A DNA stretch of 64,000 nt from an uncultured Chitinophagaceae bacterium (GTDB lineage Bacteria; Bacteroidota; Bacteroidia; Chitinophagales; Chitinophagaceae), in contig CAYZGR010000005.1 in the NCBI GenBank assembly GCA_964478125.1, positions 22,573-86,572 of the forward strand. The letters run 5' to 3'. Under the pieces are notes generated by a model, which was not told the DNA's origin, ran no database searches, and saw only the letters and a list, made by a program, of their open reading frames with translations. Of this stretch, positions 27,917-37,432 are shown in pieces (positions within the stretch are counted from its first letter, which is position 1; each line of letters opens with the position of its first letter). The position numbers and the translations under genes were made by a program.

Positions 27917-29419
27917 TTATTTTACTTTGGGATAAACGATTTTGCTCCAAAACCGGGGTTGGTGGGTGCCTAAATCGTCCATAGCCGCATTACTCAACTT
28001 AATGATAAGGTTATAATTCTCCTTTTGTTGCGGGATAGAGGCGAGTACCTTCACGTATACATATTTATTATTGATGGGGTTGATCACCTTTACAATCGTA
28101 CCCCGGGGCAAGTCATTGCAGAGGGCATAATATTTTTTTGATCCGGGTTTTACATTACTTTTGAACCATCCGGCTGCTCCCTTTTTGGTACTGATGATCT
28201 TTTCGTTTTGTGTTTGTGCCAGGTAGAGCTCCTGGAACTCGCTTTTTTGCGCAAGCTCCAAAGTGGAAGAATCGGTCGCGTCAAGAGGACTTGAATCGGG
28301 AAGGGCTATCGGACTGTCCTTCTTTGTCGTTGATGGCGTCTTTTGAATGTGAGGCAATGAAGTCGTTTCATGTGCTGGGGGCATTGGCTCCGAAGAGGAG
28401 GTCTGGCCTTGAGTTTTAGGTTGGGGTTCTGCTTTGGACGCAGTCGTTTTCTCAGGGGATTTTTTTGAATCCGGACGTGATTTATGAGTTAATTTGTTCA
28501 GCATCTCCTCGAAAGGATTTTCTTTTTTTGCAGCGCTGATACCGGAAGGCTCCTGTGGAGCCTCCTCGGAAGAGGCGGTTTGCTCTTTCTGGCTTACGGG
28601 AGGGGCGGGTGAAGTGGTTTTTTGTATAGTTTCCACATTGTTATTATGTATTAACGGCTGAGAAAGGGGGCCGGGATGCTTTTCATTCTCCTGAGAGGAC
28701 GACTTGTCCGGCGTCTCTTCCGTTTGTACGGTAGCCAGCAAAGGTTTGGATACCGGTTCGCTGCTTGTCCGTTTGTCTTCTATTTGGCTGACTCTTTGGC
28801 GTTCGGAGGCAATTACTTCTTTTAAGAAGCGATCTCCTCCCCGGCTGTGTGGGGCAACATCTGCTGCGGGCTTTGATGCCGCCGGTTGGGATGGCTCTTC
28901 GGGATTGGCGGCAATAGATTTGTTTTGCTGTCCGGGCGGTGTCGCAGGAAGGTTTCCGGCGTCAGGAAGTTTCTTTAACCATCCAATAATGAGATACTGG
29001 CCTACCTGAATGGTATTCCCATTTAAATCGTTCCATTCCCGTAATGAAGCGAGCGGCAGGTCTCCGTATATTTTACTTACTCTGAAGAGCGTCTCTCCTT
29101 TTAAAACCTTGTGATATAAAGGAGTGAGTCCTGAATGCGCATTGCTATTCTGAATAATATTGTTTTTGGAAAGCGGTATTTTAACAAGGGTATAGATTTT
29201 CAAGGGATGGGAATTATTGATGTTATTGAGCTTCTTCAGTCGCTCTTCCGAAACGCCGAATGTTTGGGAGAGGGATTGAAGGGTTTCTCCTTTTTCCACT
29301 ACATGATAGAAATACATGCCGGAGGTTCCAGGTGCAACCACGATCGTATCTTTTGAAGTCTGTCCGAATGCGGTAACGGTTAACCACAGAAATGAAAAAA
29401 AAATGAATAGTGCTTTCAT
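27917..29419 (-). CDS. Secreted protein with two LysM domains, a long disordered linker and a C-terminal RlpA/DPBB-like region
   Basis: Two LysM repeats are present (YHVVEKGETLQSLS..., YHKVLKGETLFRVS...). A linker of about 250 aa is rich in P, S, Q, T and K. Confidence 0.8.
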   Translation of the reverse strand: MKALFIFFSFLWLTVTAFGQTSKDTIVVAPGTSGMYFYHVVEKGETLQSLSQTFGVSEERLKKLNNINNSHPLKIYTLVKIPLSKNNIIQNSNAHSGLTPLYHKVLKGETLFRVSKIYGDLPLASLREWNDLNGNTIQVGQYLIIGWLKKLPDAGNLPATPPGQQNKSIAANPEEPSQPAASKPAADVAPHSRGGDRFLKEVIASERQRVSQIEDKRTSSEPVSKPLLATVQTEETPDKSSSQENEKHPGPLSQPLIHNNNVETIQKTTSPAPPVSQKEQTASSEEAPQEPSGISAAKKENPFEEMLNKLTHKSRPDSKKSPEKTTASKAEPQPKTQGQTSSSEPMPPAHETTSLPHIQKTPSTTKKDSPIALPDSSPLDATDSSTLELAQKSEFQELYLAQTQNEKIISTKKGAAGWFKSNVKPGSKKYYALCNDLPRGTIVKVINPINNKYVYVKVLASIPQQKENYNLIIKLSNAAMDDLGTHQPRFWSKIVYPKVK

Positions 29420-29528
29420 AACGCCTCAATTGACCAGGCCGATTTTATATCCGGGAGCTTGTGATACAAGAATCCCGCCAATAACCTGCAATATTAGCAA
29501 ATTATTGAAGGAAAAGTGCATAGGATAG

Positions 29529-30725
29529 CTAATTGTTTTCTGCCTTTTCTCTTTTTCTTCGTAGAATTTCTTTCTTTAGCAGGCGTTGTTCACGGCCCAT
29601 TTGCCCGGAAATAGAACTGTTCTCCCGGGAGCGTCTGATAAGATAGGGCAATACATGCTTTACGGGCCCGTAAGGCAAATATTTGGAAACGCTGAATCCT
29701 GCGCGTGCAAGGTTAAAGGTAATGTTATCGCTCATGCCATAAAGCTGCGAAAAATGCACATGCGGATGGTCGTATGGAATTTGGTGATCATGCATAAATT
29801 GGGCTGCCCGCATACAGCTTTCTTCGTTATGAGTTCCGATAAACAGAGCCAGTCCGTCAAGATGTTTCAGGCTCCATCTGACGGCCTTGTTGAATTCCCT
29901 GTCGGTGGCCGCCTTATCCGGCTGGATGGGAGAAGGATCGTTTTTTTCTTTGGCTCGCTTTCGTTCTTTTTCCATATAGGCGCCGCGAACCAGTTTCGCA
30001 CCCGGCAGATATCCCTCTTCCCGGCTTTGTTGCCATTGCTGCATTAAGGCTTTGAAGCGACCCTGCCGGTAAAGCTGGAAGGTGTTATAAATGATTGCTT
30101 CTCTTTTATTGAACTGTTGCATCATTTGACGGGCAAGCAGATCTATAGGTCCCTGAATCCAACTTTCTTCTGCATCAATTAACAGACCCGTATGGTGCTG
30201 GTATGCCGTTTGGCAAATTGTTTTTATCCGCTCATATACCTTTTGCCATTCTGCCTCTTCTTTTTTGGTCAGGGGAAGACCGCTATGATATTTTTCCAGC
30301 AATTGAAAACGGGCAAACCCCGTTATTTTTAGACTGATCATGGGAATATCTTCCTGGCTTCCGGCATAACGAATGGCTTTTTGAAACTCAGAGACTGCCA
30401 GATCATAATTTTTTTCTCCTTCTGACCGCTCCACCCCATAGTCCAGGGTACATTTTACCGCATAGGCATGCAGTCCTGCAGCAGTTGTGGCAGCCTCTTC
30501 AAGAGTCTCTCCCCCGCAGAACAACTCAAAGATGGTATTGCGGATCAACCCTTTTATGGGGAGATGTAATTTTAATGCAAGGGGTGCAAGAAAGGAGCCC
30601 GCCCGTACCAGAAAACCATAGCGCATTAGTGAATATAAACGGTATGACTTTCGCAGGGACCGATCTGATTTATAGGCGAAGGCGTGTTGTGTATTTTCAA
30701 AAGAAATGGACAAAGGCTTTCCCAT
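29529..30725 (-). CDS. Proline dehydrogenase (monofunctional)
   Basis: 398 aa with PRODH blocks (LVRGAYMEKERKRA, FSQLYGMSD). Confidence 0.85.
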   Translation of the reverse strand: MGKPLSISFENTQHAFAYKSDRSLRKSYRLYSLMRYGFLVRAGSFLAPLALKLHLPIKGLIRNTIFELFCGGETLEEAATTAAGLHAYAVKCTLDYGVERSEGEKNYDLAVSEFQKAIRYAGSQEDIPMISLKITGFARFQLLEKYHSGLPLTKKEEAEWQKVYERIKTICQTAYQHHTGLLIDAEESWIQGPIDLLARQMMQQFNKREAIIYNTFQLYRQGRFKALMQQWQQSREEGYLPGAKLVRGAYMEKERKRAKEKNDPSPIQPDKAATDREFNKAVRWSLKHLDGLALFIGTHNEESCMRAAQFMHDHQIPYDHPHVHFSQLYGMSDNITFNLARAGFSVSKYLPYGPVKHVLPYLIRRSRENSSISGQMGREQRLLKKEILRRKREKAENN

Positions 30726-30868
30726 TCATTTGATAATTTTATAATAATTATAACATTTAACCGCCAAAATTAAGGGGATTTGAATTAATAGAATAAAACT
30801 AAATTTTATATTCGCCTTATGTGAGAGACATGGGGTGAAGCACCGGGTTATTTCATGTGAACTTAATG

Positions 30869-30876
30869 TATCTTTG
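30869..30876 (+). promoter_or_regulatory. Candidate -7 promoter box (TAnnTTTG)
   Basis: TATCTTTG lies 14 nt upstream of the ATG at 30891. Confidence 0.4.
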
Positions 30877-30890
30877 TACTGTTTTTATTT

Positions 30891-31628
30891 ATGACTGGTA
30901 TGCAATTGCAATTTCTTTCTGACACCTTCCAATTTGAAACAGAAGCTACCGTCACGGGTAGCGGAGAAGATGACGATGGCTCGTACGTCGTCACAAATCA
31001 GACTGTCTTTTATCCCGGAGGAGGAGGACAGGAACCCGATAAAGGGCTGATAACCAATGGAGCTGGCACCCCTTTCCCTATTAAAAAAGGGAAGGTGAAG
31101 AATGGCGAACCCTGCCACTATATTGATATGCTCTTACCGGTAAACAGTGCGGTTAAAATAACTATTGACCGCGGTTACCGTTTGCAAAATGCCCGTTTGC
31201 ATACGGCTGGACATCTGCTCTCCTCCGTTATTTCTGAAAAGTTGCATTGGCCTTTACGACCGGTAAAAGGGTTTCATTATCAAAAAGGGGCTTACATGGA
31301 ATTTGAGCCTGATGATGAAATTGACGAAATACCTGAAGAGACGTTGCACCGGGCTATGGAAGATGATATAAAGAATTGTCTTCCCGTATCGACTGCTTTT
31401 GTTGATGTTGAAGATTTGAATGCTCCTTCCGTATTTGTGCCCGAAGGTTTCGCCCCCTCTAAAAACCGGGGCCTTCGCCTGGTTACAATAAAAGGATATC
31501 GATCTATTCCCTGTGGGGGGACTCATCTTCATCATACGGGAGAAATCGGTAGTTTTGCCATCAAGCAGATCCGACATAAAAAAGGGCGTGTTAGAATAAG
31601 TTACCGGGCCGGTGAGGAACGGGACTAA
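30891..31628 (+). CDS. alaX: Alanyl-tRNA editing protein (AlaX-type)
   Basis: The zinc motifs of the AlaRS editing domain are present (HTAGHLL and CGGTHL). Confidence 0.8.
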   Translation: MTGMQLQFLSDTFQFETEATVTGSGEDDDGSYVVTNQTVFYPGGGGQEPDKGLITNGAGTPFPIKKGKVKNGEPCHYIDMLLPVNSAVKITIDRGYRLQNARLHTAGHLLSSVISEKLHWPLRPVKGFHYQKGAYMEFEPDDEIDEIPEETLHRAMEDDIKNCLPVSTAFVDVEDLNAPSVFVPEGFAPSKNRGLRLVTIKGYRSIPCGGTHLHHTGEIGSFAIKQIRHKKGRVRISYRAGEERD

Positions 31629-31666
31629 ACCTTATCAGGGAGGCACATGTTAAGAATTTTAAAACA

Positions 31667-32677
31667 ATGAATAAGAATAAAGAACCGGATATAATCATTA
31701 TAGGAGGAGGACCCATTGGGCTTGCCTGTGCGCTGGCAGCAGAAGAAAAAGGCCTTTCCTACCTCATTTTGGAAAAGGGATGTTTGGTTAATTCTTTATA
31801 TCATTACCCTGCAAACATGACTTTTTTTTCGACTTCTGAATTATTGGAGATCGGGAGCGTTCCGTTTGTTTCAATCAATCCCAAGCCTACCAGACCCGAG
31901 GCGTTGGAGTATTATCGCCGGGTAGCCGCTTCCCGGAAGCTCCATATCCATTTATTTGAAAAAGTAGAGCATATTATTAAGCAAGACGAGCCCGGTAAAT
32001 ATACAGTGGAAACTACTAGGGCCGTTTATCATGCAAAATATGTAATTATCGCCACCGGCTTTTATGATATACCCAATAAGCTAAATATCTCCGGAGAAGA
32101 GCTCCACAAGGTAAAACATTATTATGATGATCCCCATTACTATGCCATGCAAAAGGTGATCGTCGTGGGAGCCAATAATTCTTCGGTGGACGCCGCCTTA
32201 CAAACTTGGCGCAAAGGAGCCGATGTAACGATGGTCATTCGTGGCGACGGTATTGGCAAACGGGTAAAATATTGGAAAAAGCCGGATATAGAAAACCGTA
32301 TAAAAGAAGGGTCAATAAAGGCGTATTACCACTCTTATTTGACAGAAATACGGGAAGATGCTGTTGATATTCAAACCCCTGAAGGCCGGATAACCCTTCC
32401 CAATGATTATGTATTGGCCATGACCGGATATCATCCGAATTTTTCTTTTTTGAAAAAAGCAGGCGTTCATATCGATGATAATGAACTGAGACATCCTTAT
32501 TATGATCCGGAGACGATGGAAACCAACAGGAATAACCTGTTTCTTGCCGGGGTGGTATGTGGCGGGCTGGAGACACACATCTGGTTCATAGAGAACTCGC
32601 GCCAGCATGCAGACAAGATCCTTTCTTGTATTGAAAAAAGAGAAAGAGCGGCATCTGAAGTGACGGCTGCAGGATAA
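31667..32677 (+). CDS. ypdA: YpdA-family FAD-dependent (putative bacillithiol) disulfide reductase
   Basis: It has a Rossmann motif (IIIIGGGPIGLACA) and the block NSLYHYPANMTFFSTSELLEIG, typical of YpdA. Confidence 0.8.
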   Translation: MNKNKEPDIIIIGGGPIGLACALAAEEKGLSYLILEKGCLVNSLYHYPANMTFFSTSELLEIGSVPFVSINPKPTRPEALEYYRRVAASRKLHIHLFEKVEHIIKQDEPGKYTVETTRAVYHAKYVIIATGFYDIPNKLNISGEELHKVKHYYDDPHYYAMQKVIVVGANNSSVDAALQTWRKGADVTMVIRGDGIGKRVKYWKKPDIENRIKEGSIKAYYHSYLTEIREDAVDIQTPEGRITLPNDYVLAMTGYHPNFSFLKKAGVHIDDNELRHPYYDPETMETNRNNLFLAGVVCGGLETHIWFIENSRQHADKILSCIEKRERAASEVTAAG

Positions 32678-32683
32678 TAGAAA

Positions 32684-33298
32684 TCAGGCGATCAAAGCCA
32701 GATGTCCGGCCCCTTTACGCAATACCACGGGTTCGCCTTTGGTACAGTCTACCACCGTGGAAGGTACGGTGCCCCCTATACCGCCATTCACTACAATATC
32801 TACGAGATGTCCGAATTTTTCATGAATAACTTCAGGATCAGAGATTTCTTCCACATGGCCTTCGGGAAGTGAGGTATTCATAATGGGATTGCCCAGTTCC
32901 CGTATGATACTCTGACAGATGACATTATCGGGCACACGAATGCCGATAGTATCTTTTTTGGTTTTCAACAGCTTGGGTACCCGTTTGCTGGCCGGCAGGA
33001 TAAATGTAAAAGGTCCCGGCAGGGAGCGTTTTAACATCCTGAACAAGGGGGTGTCCACACTTTTGGTATAATAAGACAAATGGCTCAGGTCGTGGCATAT
33101 AAAAGACAATTGGGCCTTTTCCGGGTTGATCCCCTTGATTTGACATATTTTCTCAATCGCCTTAGGCTGCGTAATATCACAACCCATCCCATATACGGAA
33201 TCGGTGGGATAAATAATAATTCCTCCCTTTTTCAGGCACTGAACTAGTTTTTTAAGATTACGAGAGGAGGGATTTTTGGGATGAAGGTCTAACAGCAT
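32684..33298 (-). CDS. tsaC: L-threonylcarbamoyladenylate synthase (YrdC/TsaC)
   Basis: 204 aa with YrdC-domain blocks (IIIYPTDSVYGMGCD, IGIRVPD). Confidence 0.9.
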   Translation of the reverse strand: MLLDLHPKNPSSRNLKKLVQCLKKGGIIIYPTDSVYGMGCDITQPKAIEKICQIKGINPEKAQLSFICHDLSHLSYYTKSVDTPLFRMLKRSLPGPFTFILPASKRVPKLLKTKKDTIGIRVPDNVICQSIIRELGNPIMNTSLPEGHVEEISDPEVIHEKFGHLVDIVVNGGIGGTVPSTVVDCTKGEPVVLRKGAGHLALIA

Positions 33299-33456
33299 GA
33301 TAAATGAATAATTTATACTTAGTTTACAACTCTAAAGTAATCTATTTTGTTTAAAAAATCAAAAAAATATTTAAAGGGATCAAAGGCCGTCCGTTAAGGC
33401 GGAAAATACCTTTTTATGCACTTCTTTTTGTATTTTCGTTAACATAATCAGGGCTC

Positions 33457-34179
33457 ATGAGCAAAAAAAGTACCGGGAAAAAAAGAAGAAAAAGATTCCG
33501 TTTTCTGAAACGTTTTATTCTTTATGTTTTTATCATTCAGTTGTTGTACATCATTGCTCTTAAATGGATCAATCCTCCTTTCACGCTGACTACTTTAGGG
33601 AGCAGAATCGCACTTATCGGTACCGATCGTTCTTTCCATCGGGAATGGGCGTCTTACGGCGATATTGCATTATATGCAAAGCTTGCCGTTATCGCAGGTG
33701 AGGATCAGAGATTCCCCTCGCATCATGGTTTTGACATGAAGTCTATTCGTAAGGCCTGGGAGCATAATCATGAAGGGGGACGGCGCAGGGGGGCAAGTAC
33801 CATTAGTCAACAAACGGCAAAAAATGTTTTCCTCTGGCAGGGAGGAGGGTGGTTTCGTAAGGGACTGGAAGTCTATTTTACATTTATGATAGAACATATC
33901 TGGGGGAAAAAGCGTATTCTTGAGGTCTATTTGAATGTAGCCCAGATGGGTAAAGGTATTTTTGGAGTGGAAGCGGCCTCAGAATATTATTTTCATGTTC
34001 AAGCCAAGAAGCTTTCCCGTGTGCAAGCCGCAATGCTGGCCGCTAGTTTGCCGAATCCCTTATATTATACCATCAAACCGCTGGCGGGTCGTACACGCTA
34101 CCGGCAGCGATGGATCTTGTCGCAGATGAGGAATCTACGGGGTAACCCGGAATTGGAAAAGTTGTTGCATGAACCATAA
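33457..34179 (+). CDS. mtgA: Monofunctional peptidoglycan glycosyltransferase
   Basis: GT51 motifs are present (GEDQRFPSHHGFD, GASTISQQTAKN) along with an N-terminal TM helix. Confidence 0.9.
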   Translation: MSKKSTGKKRRKRFRFLKRFILYVFIIQLLYIIALKWINPPFTLTTLGSRIALIGTDRSFHREWASYGDIALYAKLAVIAGEDQRFPSHHGFDMKSIRKAWEHNHEGGRRRGASTISQQTAKNVFLWQGGGWFRKGLEVYFTFMIEHIWGKKRILEVYLNVAQMGKGIFGVEAASEYYFHVQAKKLSRVQAAMLAASLPNPLYYTIKPLAGRTRYRQRWILSQMRNLRGNPELEKLLHEP

Positions 34180-34213
34180 AAAAGCACGCTCAATAGGATT
34201 GAAGCGTGCTTTT
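34180..34213. terminator. Bidirectional rho-independent terminator between convergent mtgA and a lipoprotein gene
   Basis: AAAAAGCACGCT / AGCGTGCTTTT form the stem across a 12-nt loop. An A-run and a T-run flank it. Confidence 0.75.
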
Positions 34214-34252
34214 AGCGGCTTTAATTATTCCTTTTGATATCCTGCAATAGGA

Positions 34253-34654
34253 TTAACGATTACAGTTTGCGGTCCATACCTTATTGTCTTTGGTGTAAGC
34301 GATGATCAGATTGTCTTCGTCAATCTTGATTAAATGGGATTCATCAGAGCCTACATTAATAACCGTATGTTCTCCCTCCTTATTAAATTTTACCCCTGTT
34401 ATATTCGGGATGCCGTCGGAGAATATAAAGTTGTAGTTTCCGCCTACTTTAACGACTTCTACAGTACCGTTCTCTTTGTCGATCTTTGTCTGATCATCAG
34501 CATTGTTGTCTACATAAGAGATATGTCCGCTATACTTCCCGACGAAGAAATCTTTGTCGGCAGGGTCCGTATCTTTACTACAGGAGGTAAAGATCAGAGT
34601 GGATACAATTGCAACGCCCAAGAGGGCAATAATTGCTTTCAATGGATTTTTCAT
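34253..34654 (-). CDS. Small lipoprotein of unknown function
   Basis: It has a lipobox (IFTSC). The ATG at 34654 (MKNPLK...) is preferred over the TTG at 34675. Confidence 0.6.
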   Translation of the reverse strand: MKNPLKAIIALLGVAIVSTLIFTSCSKDTDPADKDFFVGKYSGHISYVDNNADDQTKIDKENGTVEVVKVGGNYNFIFSDGIPNITGVKFNKEGEHTVINVGSDESHLIKIDEDNLIIAYTKDNKVWTANCNR

Positions 34655-34854
34655 AAGATATAAGGTTTTGTTCAACTCGTGTAGAACAAACCATGTGCCA
34701 ATCCATTATAAGCATCTGTAACCCGGTATCCCCTTTGAGCTCCCGGGGCTCTTGCAGCATACATTGGAGCAATTATTTATGCTTCGTCGCTTAAGATCTG
34801 AATTCCGGATCCGCGATGATTCCGAGGCGGAAAAGGTGGAATGGGAAACGGCTT

Positions 34855-35649
34855 CTACAACCATCCACTTTGCACCAAAACGATAATGATGACCCCTATG
34901 ATGATCCGGTACACGCCAAACCATTTGAAACCATGTTTTTGTAAGTAGGAAATGAAAGATTTGATCGCAATCATGGCGATCACAAAAGCCACTACATTGC
35001 CGATAAGCAGGATGGTGATATTCCGGCCGTTGGATAATATTTCCGGGCTATCCAGGAAGGCCTTGAGCAATTTGTAACCGGTAGCCGCGGCCATGGTTGG
35101 AACTGCAAGGAAGAAAGAAAATTCTGCAGCTACCTTTCGCGTCAGCTTCTGTTGCATTCCGCCAATAATGGTGGCTGCGCTCCGGCTGACCCCCGGAATC
35201 ATGGCAATACATTGCCAGAAACCCACCCGTAATGCCTGGAAAATAGTCATGTCCTTTTCGTGAGAAACTTTAGGGCTTTGGAACCATTGATCTACAAAAA
35301 GAAGTACCACTCCTCCAACGGCTAACATGATGCCTACGATTAAAGGGCTTTCCAGTAACAGGTCAATTTTGTCGGCAAACAGATAACCCAGGATCAGGGC
35401 GGGGATAACACCGATAATAATCTTTTTATAAAAATCCATGCGGCTGAAATCAAAGAATTTCCGCCAGTACAAAACGACTACGGCTAATATGGCACCCAAC
35501 TGGATTACGATTTCAAACAACTTGGTAAATTCCAGGGTATCAATACCCATCCAGGAGCTGACAACGATCATGTGGCCGGTGGAGGATACGGGTAAAAATT
35601 CGGTAAGTCCTTCAACAATGCCAAGAATAATGGCCTGAATAATGCTCAT
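34855..35649 (-). CDS. uppP: Undecaprenyl-diphosphate phosphatase
   Basis: 264 aa with BacA motifs (GIVEGLTEFLPVSSTGH, PGVSRSAATI). Confidence 0.95.
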   Translation of the reverse strand: MSIIQAIILGIVEGLTEFLPVSSTGHMIVVSSWMGIDTLEFTKLFEIVIQLGAILAVVVLYWRKFFDFSRMDFYKKIIIGVIPALILGYLFADKIDLLLESPLIVGIMLAVGGVVLLFVDQWFQSPKVSHEKDMTIFQALRVGFWQCIAMIPGVSRSAATIIGGMQQKLTRKVAAEFSFFLAVPTMAAATGYKLLKAFLDSPEILSNGRNITILLIGNVVAFVIAMIAIKSFISYLQKHGFKWFGVYRIIIGVIIIVLVQSGWL

Positions 35650-35683
35650 AGAGTAAAAAAATCGCTACAACTGGAATGAAAGA

Positions 35684-35983
35684 TTATTGGTCTGCCTGTT
35701 CTTTTTTAGGCTTTTTCATGATGGCATAGATTTCAATCAAGAAACCGAGAATTATAACAATCGGAGCCAGGGTAATGCGTCTGAAGCTATAGACCTGATC
35801 CGCATGAAATTGGTTGGGATCGGAACTCCCACCCCCGATCATCAGGAGATATCCGATAAAGACCACTGCCAGCCCGATGATCATAAAAACGAAATTCTCT
35901 CTCGTAAAAGGGAATAACCGCTCCTGCCTGTTTTTTGAGGAAGCATCGCTTTTTCGTGTTGATCTTACCGTTTTTGCAGACAT
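35684..35983 (-). CDS. DUF3098-like small two-TM membrane protein
   Basis: 99 aa lying between ftsX and uppP, as in many Bacteroidota. Confidence 0.65.
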   Translation of the reverse strand: MSAKTVRSTRKSDASSKNRQERLFPFTRENFVFMIIGLAVVFIGYLLMIGGGSSDPNQFHADQVYSFRRITLAPIVIILGFLIEIYAIMKKPKKEQADQ

Positions 35984-36018
35984 AATGGCTTTTTATTTAA
36001 AAAATGTTTGATTCCTCC

Positions 36019-36891
36019 TTAGTACAATTCGTCTAATTTCATTTTCAGATATCGAACCACAGAACGATGGGTACTCAGCAAAGATATGCAAATGCCGAGG
36101 ATTATCATACCGATAAACAATAAAATAGTCAATTGCATATCGGCGATTAACTTTAATTGCGGCAATTGCTGCCGTGCATAGTACATAACCGCTATCAGTC
36201 CCCCGATAGCGAGTAATGCGCTGATTGTTCCGTTGCCGATGCTGCGCAGGTCAAAAGGCTTTGCAATAAACCAGCGGGTAGCTCCCACCATTTGCATGGT
36301 TTTTATTAAAAAGCGGTTGCTGAACATGGCCAGCCGGATGGTATTATCTATTAATACGATGACCACCACACCCAGTAAAATGCTCACGGCCAGCACGATG
36401 GCGCCGATCTTTTCTACGTTTTTGTCTAATTTCCCTACCAGTGTGCGCTGATAATATACCTCCTTAACAATATGATCTTTCATCAGCCTGTTTTCAATGA
36501 CCTTAAGGCTGTCTTCATTTACATAATTGGCTTTGGCCTTTAAATTGATGCTGCTGTATAGAGGATTAAATTTTAATATGGAGATAAAATCTTCTCCAAA
36601 ATCTTTTTTGAACTGTTCGGCTGCCTGATCTTTGCTGACATATTCTACCGATTTGGCATAGGTGCTTTGGCCAATAGAATCACGTAATGCCAGCGCTTCT
36701 TTTTTGGGGGTATTGTTATGAAGAATTACCTGAATCTCTATGTGTTCTCTGAAATAGGAGCTAAGCCGCTCGGCATGAATAATAACCATACCCAGAATAC
36801 CGAGAAGAAACAGTACCAGCGCCACGCCTATGATGGACATGAGGTAGGAGGGCTTTGATCTTTTAGAGGACATTCTGTTTCGACTGGACAT
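36019..36891 (-). CDS. ftsX: FtsX-like cell division permease
   Basis: 290 aa with one N-terminal TM helix, a periplasmic loop and three C-terminal TM helices. No ftsE is adjacent. Confidence 0.85.
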   Translation of the reverse strand: MSSRNRMSSKRSKPSYLMSIIGVALVLFLLGILGMVIIHAERLSSYFREHIEIQVILHNNTPKKEALALRDSIGQSTYAKSVEYVSKDQAAEQFKKDFGEDFISILKFNPLYSSINLKAKANYVNEDSLKVIENRLMKDHIVKEVYYQRTLVGKLDKNVEKIGAIVLAVSILLGVVVIVLIDNTIRLAMFSNRFLIKTMQMVGATRWFIAKPFDLRSIGNGTISALLAIGGLIAVMYYARQQLPQLKLIADMQLTILLFIGMIILGICISLLSTHRSVVRYLKMKLDELY

Positions 36892-37040
36892 AGATGAATT
36901 TGAGTGCGAAAGTAAAAAAAATTAAGTTTTTTGATCCCATTTGTTCTTTTCAACGTTTTCTTGAATGTTTTATTTCTGAAAAAGCAGCTCTTTTCCACCT
37001 TTTTCTGAAAAAAGAGTTATTATTGTATCAAACAATAAGG

Positions 37041-37283
37041 ATGGGGTGGTTCCTGACCATAAAACACAGGCTCTTTTTGCGCTGGACTATCCGGAGGATT
37101 TTATATTCTCTGGTAGGCGGATGGATCATGATCCAATCTATTATAGAACATAGATGGTGGCTGGCCGTTGCCGGCCCTTATTTCTTTTTTATGGGTCTGT
37201 TTGCCTATGGATGTGGGGGAGGAGCCTGTAATGCACCACAATATGAAACAGGAAAAGCTGATTTTACTCCCGATCAGGAGTAA
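37041..37283 (+). CDS. Small two-TM membrane protein, possibly DUF2892/YgaP-like
   Basis: Starting at the internal ATG 37041 gives 80 aa. Two hydrophobic helices are followed by YGCGGGACNAP. Confidence 0.35.
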   Translation: MGWFLTIKHRLFLRWTIRRILYSLVGGWIMIQSIIEHRWWLAVAGPYFFFMGLFAYGCGGGACNAPQYETGKADFTPDQE

Positions 37284-37432
37284 ATACGAAAAAGTCTTGT
37301 AGGATTGCTGAAAAGAAAACGTAAAATCATTTTTTGAATATTAAATTCCCTTATTCCCGTTTTGGATTTGGTATTTCGTAATACGGCATCCTCTCTACTG
37401 TTCTTGTCCCCCTGATTTCCCCTACGCTATCT

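Noticed and set aside
34737-34812. A polylinker-like cluster of restriction-site palindromes. GAGCTC and CCCGGG lie at 34737-34747. CTTAAG, AGATCT, GAATTC, TCCGGA and GGATCC overlap at 34790-34812.
   Set aside because: It looks like a cloning-vector multiple cloning site. But overlapping palindromes are mutually reinforcing, since each shares half-sites with the next. A rough Poisson estimate over 64 kb makes one such cluster not very improbable. There are no flanking vector features such as primer sites, a selectable marker or an origin. I kept it only as part of the structured-spacer finding.
36894-37040. The N-terminal 49 aa of the tracked 129-aa ORF at 36894-37283.
   Set aside because: The extension starts 2 nt from the divergent ftsX start and is not hydrophobic or conserved-looking. 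The internal ATG at 37041 is preceded by AAGG and gives a compact two-TM protein.
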